Positions 47,340 through 60,282 are shown, counted from the first letter of the stretch. The stretch is 64,000 bases of DNA from Eledone cirrhosa (GCA_964016885.1 OZ024749.1:9796001-9860000), one strand, 5' to 3'. Numbers and translations are program-made. Notes: generated from the sequence alone by a model not told the origin.

Positions 47340-48427
47340 CATGTACACATACACCACACACACACACACAAGCAATTGTCGTCTGTTGAGATCACGTTTC
47401 TACGAAGTTTACGTTTTCATTTTACTTTTTTCATTAGCAATGTTCTATAACAGAATTGTGAACATGATTCGATTAAATAAGTTATTATTTTTTTGTCTGG
47501 TTTTATTCAACAATTTATTTTGTTCAAAATGTTTTTCGCTGGTCGAGCGACCAAATAGAAACTTGGTCGTTGTAGTAAAACTTTTAAACCAATTCAAGTA
47601 ACAAAGGGAAAGTATTCGTGCAGACCTTGTTGTGTATGTACCAAGATTTACTTCCCTTTGACTATAAAATTGATCAGATTGCTGACATTGTTAAGGTGTT
47701 TCCCCTTCACTGTAGTAAATATTGCATCATTTCTGTACTTCCTTGGAGGAATTCACAGTACCACCTCTGTTTATAAACATATGATACACGCCGCTAATCT
47801 CTCCCGTTGCTCTACCGACTCAAATATTTCTGTAATGTTCTGAATATGGTTCAGGTATTTATTTATTATTTTCTTTTACTCATATCAGTTCTTAGACTGA
47901 GGCCATCCTCGGGCACTGCCGCCCTCCAGTATTTATATTTTTCAAGTTTGGTACATACTTTGTTGATTGTTTGCTTTTGTTATTGTTTTTTAACTGTTTT
48001 CTGTTCATGCCTGCCGCCGTCATCACCTCAGGTGTCCTCCGTCCCGTGACTGCTGTTTTCTTCGGCAGGCCGCCTGAGGAAGGAGCCCCGTGAAGTAGGG
48101 TGGTTGCTGTCCATTCTCCACACCAGTGCCTTCACCAGGGTGCAGCTAAGGCATGCCGCTGGGGTTGGGGAGTGAAGTATCTCACTTCGCCCCCACTCTT
48201 TCGTTGCTTATTTTCTATTTTGTTTTTGTTTTTTTTTGTTTTTCCTTTCGCTGGGGTTATTTACGGGATCGATAAAATAAAATACCAGTAACGGACTGGG
48301 TCGATTTAATCGACTTTTCCCTCCCCCAAAATTGTTGTCCTTGTGCCTAAATCATTATTATGCGTAATATTTATGTAAATAAAAATTAATCTTACGTTTT
48401 GCTGACACACACATCTATATATATGTG

Positions 48428-49040
48428 TCATCATCATCATCATCGTTTAACGTCCATTTTCCACGCTTGCATGGGTTAGACAGGTTGTCCTATTAGAGGC
48501 AAGTTGGATCAGGTGACCGTATCTTGCTCATATAGAACTGTTTCTGGCTAGGTTTCTACGGCTGGATGCCCTTCCTAACGTCAACCACATTTACAGTGTG
48601 TGCTGGGTGTTTTTTGTCGTGACACCTACATGACCACTTTACAAGGTGGACTGGATGCATTTTGTTTACAGTGTAAGAGTAGTGTGGACAGGACTGGATG
48701 GGTGGGGGTATAGTGGTGAAAAGGTACCTACTAGATGTATGTTTGAGTCTGTGTACATAGGAAGGCGTGTCTTCTGTATTACTGCATTACTCCAAAGATC
48801 TCGATCCTGTGTCATTGTCTTTGAGAGGTTCAAATGCCCAAGGTCAGCTTTTATTACCTTGTCTCAGGTCTTCCTGAGTTTTCCTACTCCATAGCTTCTA
48901 TCAATTTCAATTGCCCTGCACCTTTTTATACAGCTGTCGTCCTTCATATACATCACATGACCATACCAACGTATCTCTTCTCTTGCACACTGCATCTGAT
49001 CCCTCTTATACCTAATTTCTCTTTCAGATCATTTACACTT
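48428..49040 (-). mobile_element. Older RTE 3' end with 3' UTR
   Basis: Homologous to 49070-49830; (GAT)n tail. Confidence 0.75.
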
Positions 49041-49044
49041 TGTT

Positions 49045-51195
49045 CATCATCATCATCATCATCATCAGGTTTAGCGTCCGTGTTCCACGCTTGCATGGGT
49101 TTGGACGTGGGGTTTTCCCACTTGAGGCAAGAGTGGTTGTCTTGCTCGCATAGGACTGTCTGGCGGGTTTTCTACAGTTGGATGCCCTTCCTAACACCAA
49201 CCACATTTACAGTGTGGGGCTGGGAGGTTTTTACCGTGTTGCCTACACGGCCACATTACAGCGTGGACTGTCTGGCGGGTTTTCTACAGCTGGATGCCCT
49301 TCCTAACACCAACCACATTTACAGTGTGGGGCTGGGAGGTTTTTACCGTGTTGCCTACACGGCCACATTTACAGCGTGGACTGTGTGTTTTTTGTCGTGA
49401 CACCTACACGATCTCATTTGTTTCGGCCTGGATGTTGTGGGACCAACATAACTGTACATTGAAAGGGGCGGTGTGGATGGGGTGGAGGTGGTGGGACGGG
49501 GGGGTGTTTTGATAGAGATGCCTACTGACTGTAGTAGGTTTTTACTTTGTATTTAGGTAAGGCGGGTCTTCTCTATTACTGAGTACCGCCAAAGGTCTCG
49601 GTCCAGTGACATTGTCTTGGAGAGGTGTAAGCGTGTGAGGTCGGAATTTATCCGCTCGTCCCATGTTTTTCTGGGTCTGCCTACTCCGTGGCTACCGTCT
49701 ATCTTTATTGCCCTGCACTTTGTTATACAGCTGTCGTCTTTCATGCGCATCACGTGACCGTACCAACGTAGCCTTCTCTCGAGTAAACAACAACTGATCC
49801 CTCTTATTTCTAATTTTTTCCTTAGTTCGTTTATGCTTTGCCGTTCACGTATATTACTATTGCACATCCAGCGGAGCATGCAAGCTTCGTTCCTCTCTAG
49901 TCTGCGTATATCCTCTGCACACAATGCCCAGGTCTCACTGCCATGCAGCATTGCTGTTCGTATGCAGGCATCGTATAACCTGCCTTTCATTTTTAGGGAG
50001 AACCCTCTAGCGGCTAATAGTGGTATAAGCTCTCTGAACTTTTTCCATCCAGTTCTGACTCTAGCAACTGTACTTTCAGAGCACCCTCCCCCACTGCTGA
50101 TTTTGTCACCCAGGTAACGGAAGCTGTCCACTATTTCTATAGAACCCTCTGCGCAGTTGAAGGAGCTAGTATTTTGTGGGCACTTGCTGCTACTTATTGC
50201 ACCAGAGCACCGGCCACATGTAAAATCTATGTTCTTAGTTAGCTTACCTGTGATCCCACTACATCTTTTATGCACCCATACTTTGCATTTGGGACATAAA
50301 ATGGAGTTTCTACCTACGCCTTTCCTACACACTGAGCATGGCCATTTCCCAGATGGGACTGCCGCCTTATTTTCTTTCCTACAAACTAGAACTTTAGTCT
50401 TAGCCAGGTTAATTTTAAGGCCTTTTGATTCTAGGCCGTGCTTCCATGTTTGGAATTTCTTCTCTAGTTCGGTCATTGATTCAGCTATGAGCGTTAGATC
50501 ATCTGCGTATAGGAGTTCCCATGGGCAGCCGGTCTTGAACTCCTCTGTTATAGCCTGAAGGGCAATAATAAATAGTAGGGGGCTAAGAACAGAGCCCTGA
50601 TGGACACCAACTTTTACGCTAAACTCTTCACTATATTCGTTGTTAATTCTAACCTTACTGACTGTTTCTTTATACATGGCTTGTATAGCTCTCACAAGCC
50701 ATTCGTCAACACCTAGTTTTCTAAGAGACCACCAGATAATGGAACGGGGGACTCTGTCGAAGGCTTTCTCCAAGTCGACGAAAGCTAAGTATAGGGGTTT
50801 ACTTTTAGCTAGGTACTTCTCCTGTAGTTGTCGTACAATGAAAAGAACGTCTGTGGTACTTTTGCCTGACACAAATCCGAACTGCATTTCATCTAGATCA
50901 ATTCTCTCTCTGATTAGTTGCGCTATTACTTTTTCCGTGACCTTCATGACCTAGTCGATTAATTTAATGCCTCTATAGTTACTCCTATCTAGGGCATCTC
51001 CTTTTCCCTTAGAGCAGTTAACGATGATGCTGCTACGCCAGTCCTTCGGAACAACCCCATTCTGTACGACTTGGTTAACTATCCGGGTGACCATGGTGTG
51101 TCCCACCGAACCAGATGCCTTCAGCATCTCAGCAACTATTTCCGAAGGACCAGCCGCCTTACCCGTCTTCATATCTTTGATTGCCTTGCTTATTG
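49045..51195 (-). mobile_element. 5'-truncated RTE LINE, best-preserved copy (RT, PHD-like insert, 3' UTR)
   Basis: The 464-aa ORF 49553-50947 is in frame with 50951-51172 across one TAG. Motifs NYRGIKL, QFGF, DLEKAFD, GVHQGSVLSP, LLYADD, FRYLG. Confidence 0.95.
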
Positions 51196-51209
51196 TACTA
51201 CCCTGGACT

Positions 51210-52400
51210 AGTTGTACATATATATTACTATTACATATCCATCAGAGCATGCATGCTTCATTTCTTTCCAGTCTTCACAGGTCCTCTGCACAGTGCTCAG
51301 GTCTCACTACTATGTAACATTGCTGTTTATATACATGCATCATACAATCTGCCCTTCAATTTAAGGGGAAAACCTTTTGTAGCTAGTAACAGTAGTAGCT
51401 CTCTAAACTTTCTCCATCCCGTTCTTACTCTGGCTACTGTACTTCCAGAACACCCTCCTCCACTACTGATTTCATCACCCAGGTAACAGAAAGTGTCGAC
51501 TATTTCTATAGTACTGTTTTGACATTTAAAGGAGCTAGTGTCCAGTGGGCACTTGCTACTTACTGCACCTGAGCATTGGCCACATATAAAACCTACATTC
51601 TTTGATAGCCTGTCTGTGATCCCACTACATCTTTTATGAACCCATAGCTTGCATTTGGGACATAGAATTGAATTTCTACTAACTCCCTTCCTGCACACTA
51701 AGCAAGGCCATTTCCCAGAGGAGATCTGGACCCTGTTTTCCCTTCTAATTACTAGAACTTTAGTCTTTGACAAGTTAACTTTAAGACCTTTAGATTCTGG
51801 GCCATACTTCCATGTTTGGAATTTCTTCTCTAATTCTGTTATAGATTCAGTTATGAGAGTTAGAATGTCTGCATTCAGATGTTCCCATGGGCAGCACTTC
51901 TGTAATAGCCTGTAGGTCAATAATAAATGGAAGAGGGCTAAGGATGGAGCCCTGATAAAAACATACCTGTATGCTAAATTCTTCACTATAGTCATTGTTA
52001 ATTCTGACCTTCCTGACTGTTCCTCTATACATGGCTTGTATAGCTCTCACAAGCTACTCCTAGTTTACTATGAGCCCACCACATAATGGAATGGCGGACT
52101 CTGTCAAAGACTTTCTCCAAGTCAACAAAAGCTAAGTATAGGGGTTTACTGTTAGTTAGGTACTTCTGCTGCAGTTTCCCCACAAGGAAGAGGATACTTT
52201 TACCTGGTACAAATCAAGGTTAATTCAGTCCCTAATCAGCTGTGTGATAACTTTTTCTGTGACCTTAATGCCTCTATAGTTTTCTCTATCTAAAGCATCT
52301 CCTTTGCCCTTGTAGCTGTTAACGATGATGATGCTATGCTAGTCATTGGGTATGACCCCATTTTGTATTACTTGGTTTACTATACGTGTGACTATGGTGT
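51210..52400 (-). mobile_element. Degenerate RTE LINE fragment
   Basis: Same RT and PHD region with frameshifts. Confidence 0.85.
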
Positions 52401-53256
52401 GTGTGTATATATATATATTATCCACACACACATACTTATATATGAAATGTAGTTGCCCCAATGTAACAACTATAACAATAGTCGATCAGTTAATAGGAGT
52501 TACTGGCCACATCTTGTGTGCAGTAAATTGAACAAGATCAGAACAAACAGGAGACCCAGAGGAGCAAGACTAGTCATTGAGAAGGTCACAGTATGTGTGA
52601 TTAAAGAACTTTGATAATTATATATGACAACTAAACAACCGTCTGGTTACTAAATTAACTGATGTATAGATTAGTTAATTAATTAATAATGGTTTCTGAT
52701 TTAGATACAAGGCCAACAATTTGGGAGGAGGGGGAAAGTCGTTTAAATCGACCCCAGAGTGTTTAGATTGACTCAGTAGCAATAACAAGATGAAGACAGC
52801 ATTATAAGAATATTGAATATTTTGTTTTATTTGCACAAATATTGGCTTGTTTTTAACTAGACAAAAGGACTACATTTTAATATAGTGAGGGAACGGGATG
52901 TTGTGGCAAGCAGACCTTTCTCAAAGGCATTTACAAGTGAAATGAACTTATAGCCACTGAGACTGAAGATTTTCTTCGCAAAAATAATTTTTTTTTATAT
53001 TGACAAATCAATGGCTTGTCTGGGAGATCAGTAGCCCCACTTCAGTTCTGACTTAGTCTATGTAAACCTGTCCAACCCTAGCTAGCAGAGAACATAGGTG
53101 AGACAACAGCTCCCTGGCTTGTCTGGGAGATGAATAACCTCACTTCAGTTCTGACTTAGTCTATGTAGACCTATCCAACTCTTGCTAGCAGGAAAGCAGA
53201 TGTTAATACATAACGCCAAAAATGTGTACATACATACATATATATATATATACATA

Positions 53257-53307
<51 letters not shown>

Positions 53308-53518
53308 TGTGGTAGAGCACTGGAAAGTTATATCCGTAGTGAGTAAAGCAGTCAGTCCATAGGACGAGTTCAGTATAAAGTTAGTTCCACAACATATTAG
53401 TAAACCATACTAAAGGACAAGTGTTTCATCTAACGGATTGTTTTAGTTGAAAATCTGTTAGATGAAACACGTGTCCTTGAAGGTGGTTTGCTAATATATT
53501 GTGGAACTAACTTTATAT
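53308..53518 (-). mobile_element. Asymmetric fold-back element (~66-bp arms)
   Basis: 53374-53439 versus 53452-53517. One arm contains ATCT-GTT-AGAT-GAAAC-ACGT-GTC. (TA)n flanks. Confidence 0.6.
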
Positions 53519-53630
53519 ATATACATATTGCAAGGGATGTCAACATGAATGGACCTGTTATTTTTATCTAAAGACATTTTTTCCAATTCCATCCCGCCCG
53601 TCCCCTCAATCTATCTTTTTTCTCATTCTT

Positions 53631-53666
53631 TCTTCTGATGAAGGACTAGCGTCCGAAACGTTAAGA
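53631..53666 (+). ncRNA. Minimal (Penelope-type) hammerhead ribozyme motif
   Basis: TCTT-CTGATGA-A-GGAC-TAGC-GTCC-GAAAC-GTT-AAGA; palindromic AACGTT in place of stem III. Confidence 0.7.
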
Positions 53667-53814
53667 CCCTCTTCCTGCTATATCAAGCGTTAACCTAATA
53701 TATCCTTTCCATATACTGTACCGATTGTGTTGTTATTTCTGTTTAACTTTTACATACATATATATATATATATATACACCCAGACATATATATATATATA
53801 TGCACCCAAACATG

Positions 53815-53844
53815 TATATATATATATATATACACACACTCAGA

Positions 53845-53888
<44 letters not shown>

Positions 53889-53893
53889 TCAGA

Positions 53894-53935
<42 letters not shown>

Positions 53936-53940
53936 TCAGA

Positions 53941-53976
<36 letters not shown>

Positions 53977-53981
53977 TCAGA

Positions 53982-54021
<40 letters not shown>

Positions 54022-54026
54022 TCAGA

Positions 54027-54064
<38 letters not shown>

Positions 54065-54069
54065 TCAGA

Positions 54070-54109
<40 letters not shown>

Positions 54110-54178
54110 TCAGAAGATATATATATATATATATATATATATATCTTCTGAGTGTGTGTGTGTGTATATATATATATA

Positions 54179-54218
<40 letters not shown>

Positions 54219-54230
54219 TGTGTGTGTGTG
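53815..54230. repeat. Compound repeat (TA)n-CACACACTCAGAAGA, with final unit inverted
   Basis: Seven direct units, then TCTTCTGAGTGTGTG. Confidence 0.85.
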
Positions 54231-54457
54231 TTTATGTAAATTCAGGGTAAAAGCATAAATGGGCCAATATACAATGTTTATGTATAGTAAACATCCATAT
54301 ACTCTTGGTCTCAGTATTTTAAGGTGTGATATGATCATATGATGTTATATAGGCACAGCTTAAAATACAGCCAGAACAGAGAACCAAAACTAACCTAAAG
54401 TAGCTGTGGGTGAGTGAAATGTTTAAAACATCTCAAATCCTTTATTTTATGTCAATG

Positions 54458-54715
54458 TTATAATTCTTCTCTTATGTGTATCTCTTCTTTGTTGCTGTTG
54501 TCATCAATGCTGTCGTTAATACTATTGATCTCATCGGTGTTGTCTTTAGCAATTCGTATCATTATCTTGCCCATGTTTTTGTTGGCTTCCATTTTCTCAT
54601 GTGCTGCACCGATCTGGTCCAGAGGGAACACACTATCCACCACGGGCTTCAGATAGCCGCTCTCAAAGTGGGAAAGAACTTCCTGGGAGAAGGCTTCAAC
54701 AAGTTGTCCTTTATA
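54458..54715 (-). CDS. TP53I3: Quinone oxidoreductase PIG3-like, last exon
   Basis: tttcag|TAT; YKGQLVEAFSQEVLSHF..LKPVVDSVFPLDQIGAAHEKMEANKNMGKIMI..HIREEL*. Confidence 0.9.
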   Translation of the reverse strand, partial: YKGQLVEAFSQEVLSHFESGYLKPVVDSVFPLDQIGAAHEKMEANKNMGKIMIRIAKDNTDEINSINDSIDDNSNKEEIHIREEL

Positions 54716-54835
54716 CTGAAATTACAAAAAAATTACCAAGTGTTAGGATTAAGGTAGGGTTAAGAGTTTAAAATAAAAAGCAACCCCCTCCAGCAAGCAT
54801 GTCTTTTGGGGTGTTCTAAAAAAGGGTGTTGGGCT

Positions 54836-55135
54836 AATAATAATAATAATGAAATTATTGTGTACAGTGCTCAGGTGCACTACAACTCATCAAAAGTGCA
54901 TGTATAGTACATAGAATAATGTACAAATGTCAGGAAAATGAACAGTGTATGAGTCATGATATAATAACAATAACAATAATGAAATATTGTGCACAGTGCC
55001 CAGGTGCACCACAACTCATCAAAAAAGTGCATGTACAGTACATAGGGCAATGCACAAACATCAGCAAAATGAACAGTGCACGAGTCATGATACACACATG
55101 TGTGCATGTGCATGGAAGGGGTACATCAGGTGTAA
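54836..55135 (-). mobile_element. CR1 3' UTR fragment
   Basis: Nearly identical to 57928-58205. Confidence 0.8.
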
Positions 55136-55149
55136 TGTTCTTTAATCAG

Positions 55150-56670
55150 CCTTAGAAACTCTTTAAGATAGTACCTAGTCCTATGACGATGGACACAACT
55201 TTGATCTTGTGACAGTCCCAAATCCTTTTCAGTTCCCACTTTAGATCTGGTACTGGTTAATTTTCTCCTTTCTCCTTCTTTTCTTGCACTCTTGTGTCAA
55301 AGGGGCAAGCTACATCTATAATCAAGCAAGATATTTTTTCCTTGTCAAAAACCACCAGGTCAGGCCTATTGTGTTCTAATTTCTTGTCTGTCTGTATCCT
55401 AAAATCCCACAGTACCTTCCCCCAATTGTTTTCTATCACCGACACTGGCCACTTCTCATACCACTTCTCAGAATATGGTAAATTATTCAGTTTACATAAA
55501 TGCCAGTGTATCACTTTTTCTATTATATTGTGCCTCCAACCTTTGTAGTGAGTCTGGGCTAGGTGTTTCCACTCGGATACGATGTGAACCAGTTTCTTTT
55601 CTCTCGCCACAGATCCTATAGAGCGGGCTAGCTTACTCCTTGTCAATATGGTGTTTCAACCATTTTGTTCTGAGGTCTTGCTCCTGTGCAGCCAGTAACA
55701 TTCCCTATGTAGCTTTTTTAAGGTCTCCTCTTTTTAACCAGCTCCATGTCTGTGGATCTCTGAATTCTGTTTGAAGGGTTTTTTTTATGAAGGTTGCTCT
55801 TCCTCTTTGTTGTTATTTCCTTCTTGGATATCCCCTGGTCTATTATCTTCTCCTTCAGTACAACTTTGAACATCGGCTCCCTACTCACAGACATTTTTGC
55901 AGACTGCTCTTCTCCATCTAAACACAGTCTTCTATGCTGATAAGACCTCTTCCACCTTCAGATCTCTTTAAGTAAAGTCTATTAACATCACTCCTCTTGT
56001 GGAACATGCTGTAGGTAGTCATTAGCTTCCTAGTTTTTCTATCCCTTTCTTTTTGTTCAGTAACATTCCATTTGAGAATTCCCACACTGTACCTAATAAT
56101 AGACACACCTTGGGAATTTACTGCACTTTTGACATTCCTACTATTTGGATGTGATTTTAGTATGTTCCTTGCTCTCCTTATGTATTCAAATCTTATCAGT
56201 TCCTTCATTTTATTGTTCTTGATGTCATCTGCCTCCAGAACACCCAAATATTTGTATCCCTCTTTAGTTTCGATTTCCTTTATCATCTCACCCATTGGTA
56301 TCTGGATTCCATTGCTTCTGTTCAATTTACCCCCTCTTCATTACTAGGACTCCACACTTATTAACACCAAATTCCATATATATATCATTGCTGAAAATAC
56401 AGACAGTGTTAACAAGTACATTCAGCTCCTCGCTCTTCCCGAAAAGTTTTAGGTCATCCATGAAGAGGAGGTGGTTGATAGTAAGCTCTCCTCTTCCCAG
56501 TTCAAATCCCTCCTTCACTCTTTACAATACGTGGGACAAGGGTACGAGGGTTAGGATAAACAACAAAGGGAACAAACTATCTCCTTGGAAAATACTTCTC
56601 TTGATCTTCACTCCTCCCAAGGATTCTCCACCTGATGTTAGCTCTGTCTCCCAGGACTTCATACTATTAC
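55150..56670 (-). mobile_element. Degenerate R4/Dong-like LINE (RT, zinc knuckle, restriction-like endonuclease)
   Basis: HLLFMDDLKLFG, YKYLGVLE, RLYLKRSEGGRGL, RHN, WDFRIQTD..NRPDLVV..IIDVACP. Confidence 0.85.
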
Positions 56671-56786
56671 TTAATAGCAAAGTCAACCTCGGCGGGATTT
56701 GAACTCAGATCGTAAAGAGACGTAACTATGCTGGAAAGCATGGCGTTCGACCCTCCACCGATACTGCCAATCCACCGCCATATTGG

Positions 56787-57928
56787 GTTAGATGTTCACT
56801 ACCAGTGAACTGAGGAAACACCCCTTATCTCAGCTTCTAACACTGGAGATGTATTACAGTGTTAGATGTTTATTACCAGTGGACTGAGGTAACACCCCTT
56901 ATCTCAGCTTCTAACACTGGAGATGTATTACAGTGTTAGATGTTCACTACCAGTGAACTGAGGTAACACCCCTTATCTCAGCTTTTAACACTGGAGATGT
57001 ATTACAGTGTTAGCTGTTCACTACCAGTTAACTGAGGTAACACCCCTTATCTCAGCTTCTAACACTACAGATGTATTACAGTGTTAGATGTTCACTACCA
57101 GTGAACTGAGGTAACACCCCTTATCTCAGCTTCTAACACTGGAGATGTATTACAGTGTTAGATGTTCACTACCAGTTAACTGGGGTAAAACCCCTTATCT
57201 CAGCTTCTAACACTGGAGATGTATTACAGTGTTAGATGTTCACTACCAGTGAACTGGGGTAACACCCCTTATCTCAGCTTCTAACACTGGAGATGTATTA
57301 CAGTGTTAGATGTTCACTACCAGTGAACTGAGGTAACACCCCTTATCTCAGCTTCTAACACTGGAGATATATTACAGTGTCAGCTGTTCACTACCAGTGA
57401 ACTGGGGTAACACCCCTTATCTTAGCTTCTAACACTGGAGATGTATTACAGTGTTAGATGTTCACTACCAGTGAACTGAGGTAACACCCCTTATCTCAGC
57501 TTCTAACACTGGAGATGTATTACAGTGTCAGCTGTTCACTACCAGTGAACTGAGGTAACACCCCTTATCTCAGCTTCTAACACTGGAGATGTATTACAGT
57601 GTTAGATGTTCACTACCAGTAAACTGAGGTAACACCCCTTATATCAGCTTCTAACACTGGAGATGTATTACAGTGTTAGATGTTCACTACCAGTTAACTG
57701 GGGTAAAACCCCTTATCTCAGCTTCTAACACTGGAGATGTATTACAGTGTTAGATGTTCACTACCAGTTAACTGGGGTAAAACCCCTTATCTCAGCTTCT
57801 AACACTGGAGATGTATTACAGTGTTAGATGTTCACTACCAGTGAACTGGGGTAACACCCCTTATCTTAGCTTCTAACACTGAAGATGTATTACAGTGTTA
57901 GATGTTCACTACCAGTGAACTGAGGTAA
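56787..57928. repeat. Minisatellite, 74-bp unit (continues at 59079-59165)
   Basis: GTTAGATGTTCACTACCAGTGAACTGAGGTAACACCCCTTATCTCAGCTTCTAACACTGGAGATGTATTACAGT, about 15 copies. Confidence 0.95.
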
Positions 57929-59078
57929 ATAATAATGAAATTATTGTGTACAGTGCTCAGGTGCACTACAACTCATCAAAGGTGCATGTATAGTACATAG
58001 AATAATGTACAAATGTCAGGAAAATAAACAGTGTATGAGTCATGATATAATAACAATAACAATAATGAAATATTGTGCACAGTGCCCAGGTGCACCACAA
58101 CCCATCAAAAAAGTGCATGTACAGTACATAGGGCAATGCACAAACATCAGTAAAATGAACAGTGCACACATGTGTGCATGTGTATGGAAGGGGCACATCA
58201 GGTGTAGTTTTGGCGTATTTCGGGAAGCATGAGTGTCTTAAAGGATGCAGTGTCTCGGCAGCTAACAATTGACGCAGGCAGTTTGTTCCATGTTTCAGCA
58301 ACTCTGAGCGTGAAAAAATGTCTGCGAAAGTCATGGGAGCTGTGCTGTTTTCTTATCTTGTAGGCATGTCCACGTGTGTTAGATACATGGAGATCAAAGA
58401 GGCGCTCAGGGTTGCAGTTGGCGAGATGGTTAAAAACTTTGTGGGTATTCACCAAGTCCACTGCCAGACGTCGGAGCTTCAATGAATCCATGCCCAGGGA
58501 AGCAAGGCGTTCAGAGTATGGTAGGTGTCTGATGGAGGGTATGCGCTTGGTTGCACGTCTCTGAACAGTTTCCAGGAGGTCAATGTTCCGAGCAAGATAG
58601 GGGTTCCAGACTGATGATGCGAATTCCAAGTGTGGTCGCACCATAGCTGTATACAGTTTTAAATAGATGGCTGGAGAGCGGCTAACAAAGGTCTTGCTGA
58701 GTGATGCCAAGACACCCTCGGCCTTCTTGACAATCTTAGAGACATGCTTTGTCCAACGCAAATCGTTGCTGACAGTAATGCCCAGGTCACGTTCACAAGA
58801 GGACTTTTTGATGTCAGTGTTGTGGAGGGAGTATGTGGACGCTGGATTTTTCCTTCCAAAATGCATGGTGGTACACTTGTCCACAGCCAGCTTCAGTTGC
58901 CAGTCTGTGATCCATTGCTGCATTGTGTCCAGGTCTGATTGTAGAAAAGAGTTGTAAATTTCAGGATCAGTCCTTTTGATTTCAAGGTACAGCTTGATGT
59001 CATCTGCATATTTTAGTACCGTGGCATTCTGTAAGTTGGCATCTATGTCATTATGGCATTCTGTAAGTTGGCATCTAT
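57929..59078 (-). mobile_element. 5'-truncated CR1-clade LINE with open RT C-terminus
   Basis: KYADDIKLY..ERDLGI..RPHLEFASSVWNPY..VQRRATK..TRGH..FFTLRVAETWNKLP; (ATT)n tail. Confidence 0.92.
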
Positions 59079-59164
59079 GTAACACCCCTTATCTCAGTTT
59101 CTAACACTGGAGATGTATTACAGTGTTAGATGTTCACTTCCAGAGAACTGAGGTAACACCCCTT

Positions 59165-59650
59165 ATTTTTCGAGTATCGTCTGAGGTATTTGAACTGTTC
59201 CAAGCAATGCTGTTTTTTGTAAGTGTTCCATCCATATTGCAATCCCTATTTGTTTGATGTACTTCTCAAGATTTCTACTCACTGTTCCCAAAACTCCAAC
59301 TATTATTATTTTTTTTTTATTGTGATTCATTACTGTTTTACTGAGCACAGCTCTGTGCACCTTGTGTATGTGCAGTGTAGTTTTTGCTGATGTTGTTTCT
59401 ATTGTATTGATAGTACTTTTCATAATATTTGTGCAGTGCCTAGTAGTGCTATCTTTTGTATGTTGTATATATTTGTAAGTCCTGGGGTTTTGGTTATGTA
59501 TTTGTCTGTGTGTTTTTTTATCATTCCCAGAGCACCTATTATTATAGGGTTTTTTTCTGTTTTCATTTTCCACATTCGAAATATTTCTATCTCTAGATCT
59601 TTATATTTGGAGAGTTTCTCTATTTCCTTGGAAGATATATTATCGTCTGT
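59165..59650 (-). mobile_element. Two R4/Dong-like 3' end fragments
   Basis: IIVGVLGTV..HLQKTALLGT and EKLSKYKDLEIEI..IQKIALLGTA. Confidence 0.75.
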
Positions 59651-59788
59651 GAGTATGAGTATTATTATTATTATTATAAAATAAAGTACCAGTAATACAC
59701 TGGGGTAATTGCTGCCTTGTGCCAAAAGTAGAAACAATTATTATTATTATTATTATATTCTACTAATTAAAATCTAAGGGTTACTCAC

Positions 59789-59880
59789 CTCATCTGTACG
59801 TGTCCTTAAAGTTGTGGCCATCAAACTTATTCTTTTCTTCAACAACTCCAAGAATAGATTTCCATTCACTGACCGACCCC
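59789..59880 (-). CDS. TP53I3: PIG3-like internal exon
   Basis: tttcag|GG..GAG|gtgagt; (G)GRSVNGNLFLELLKKRISLMATTLRTRTDE; 92 nt. Confidence 0.88.
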
Positions 59881-59944
59881 CTGAAAAGGAAATTAAACAT
59901 GGCTACTGTACAAATATAACAAAAAATATTACTACTGATTTAAT

Positions 59945-60275
59945 ATAATATTAACTAAAGCTACTGACTTATTATAATCAATATTAACTAGAGCTACAGA
60001 CTTATTATAATCAATATTAACTAGATCTACTGACTTATTATAATCAATATTAACTAGAGCTACAGACTTATTATAATCAATATTAACTAGAGCTACAGAC
60101 TTATTATAATCAATATTAACTAGAGCTACAGACTTATTATAATCAATATTAACTAGAGCTACAGACTTATTATAATCAATATTAACTAGAGCTACAGACT
60201 TATTATAATCAATATTAACTAGAGCTACAGACTTATTATAATCAATATTAACTAGAGCTACTGACTTATTATAAC
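59945..60275. repeat. Minisatellite, 33-bp unit
   Basis: AGAGCTACAGACTTATTATAATCAATATTAACT, about 10 copies. Confidence 0.9.
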
Positions 60276-60282
60276 CAGCTAG

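Noticed and set aside
47560-48230. Unique-looking sequence that might hold further + strand EFHC2 exons or a LINE ORF1
   Set aside because: Translations gave no DM10/EF-hand or other recognisable motif, so I left it unannotated.
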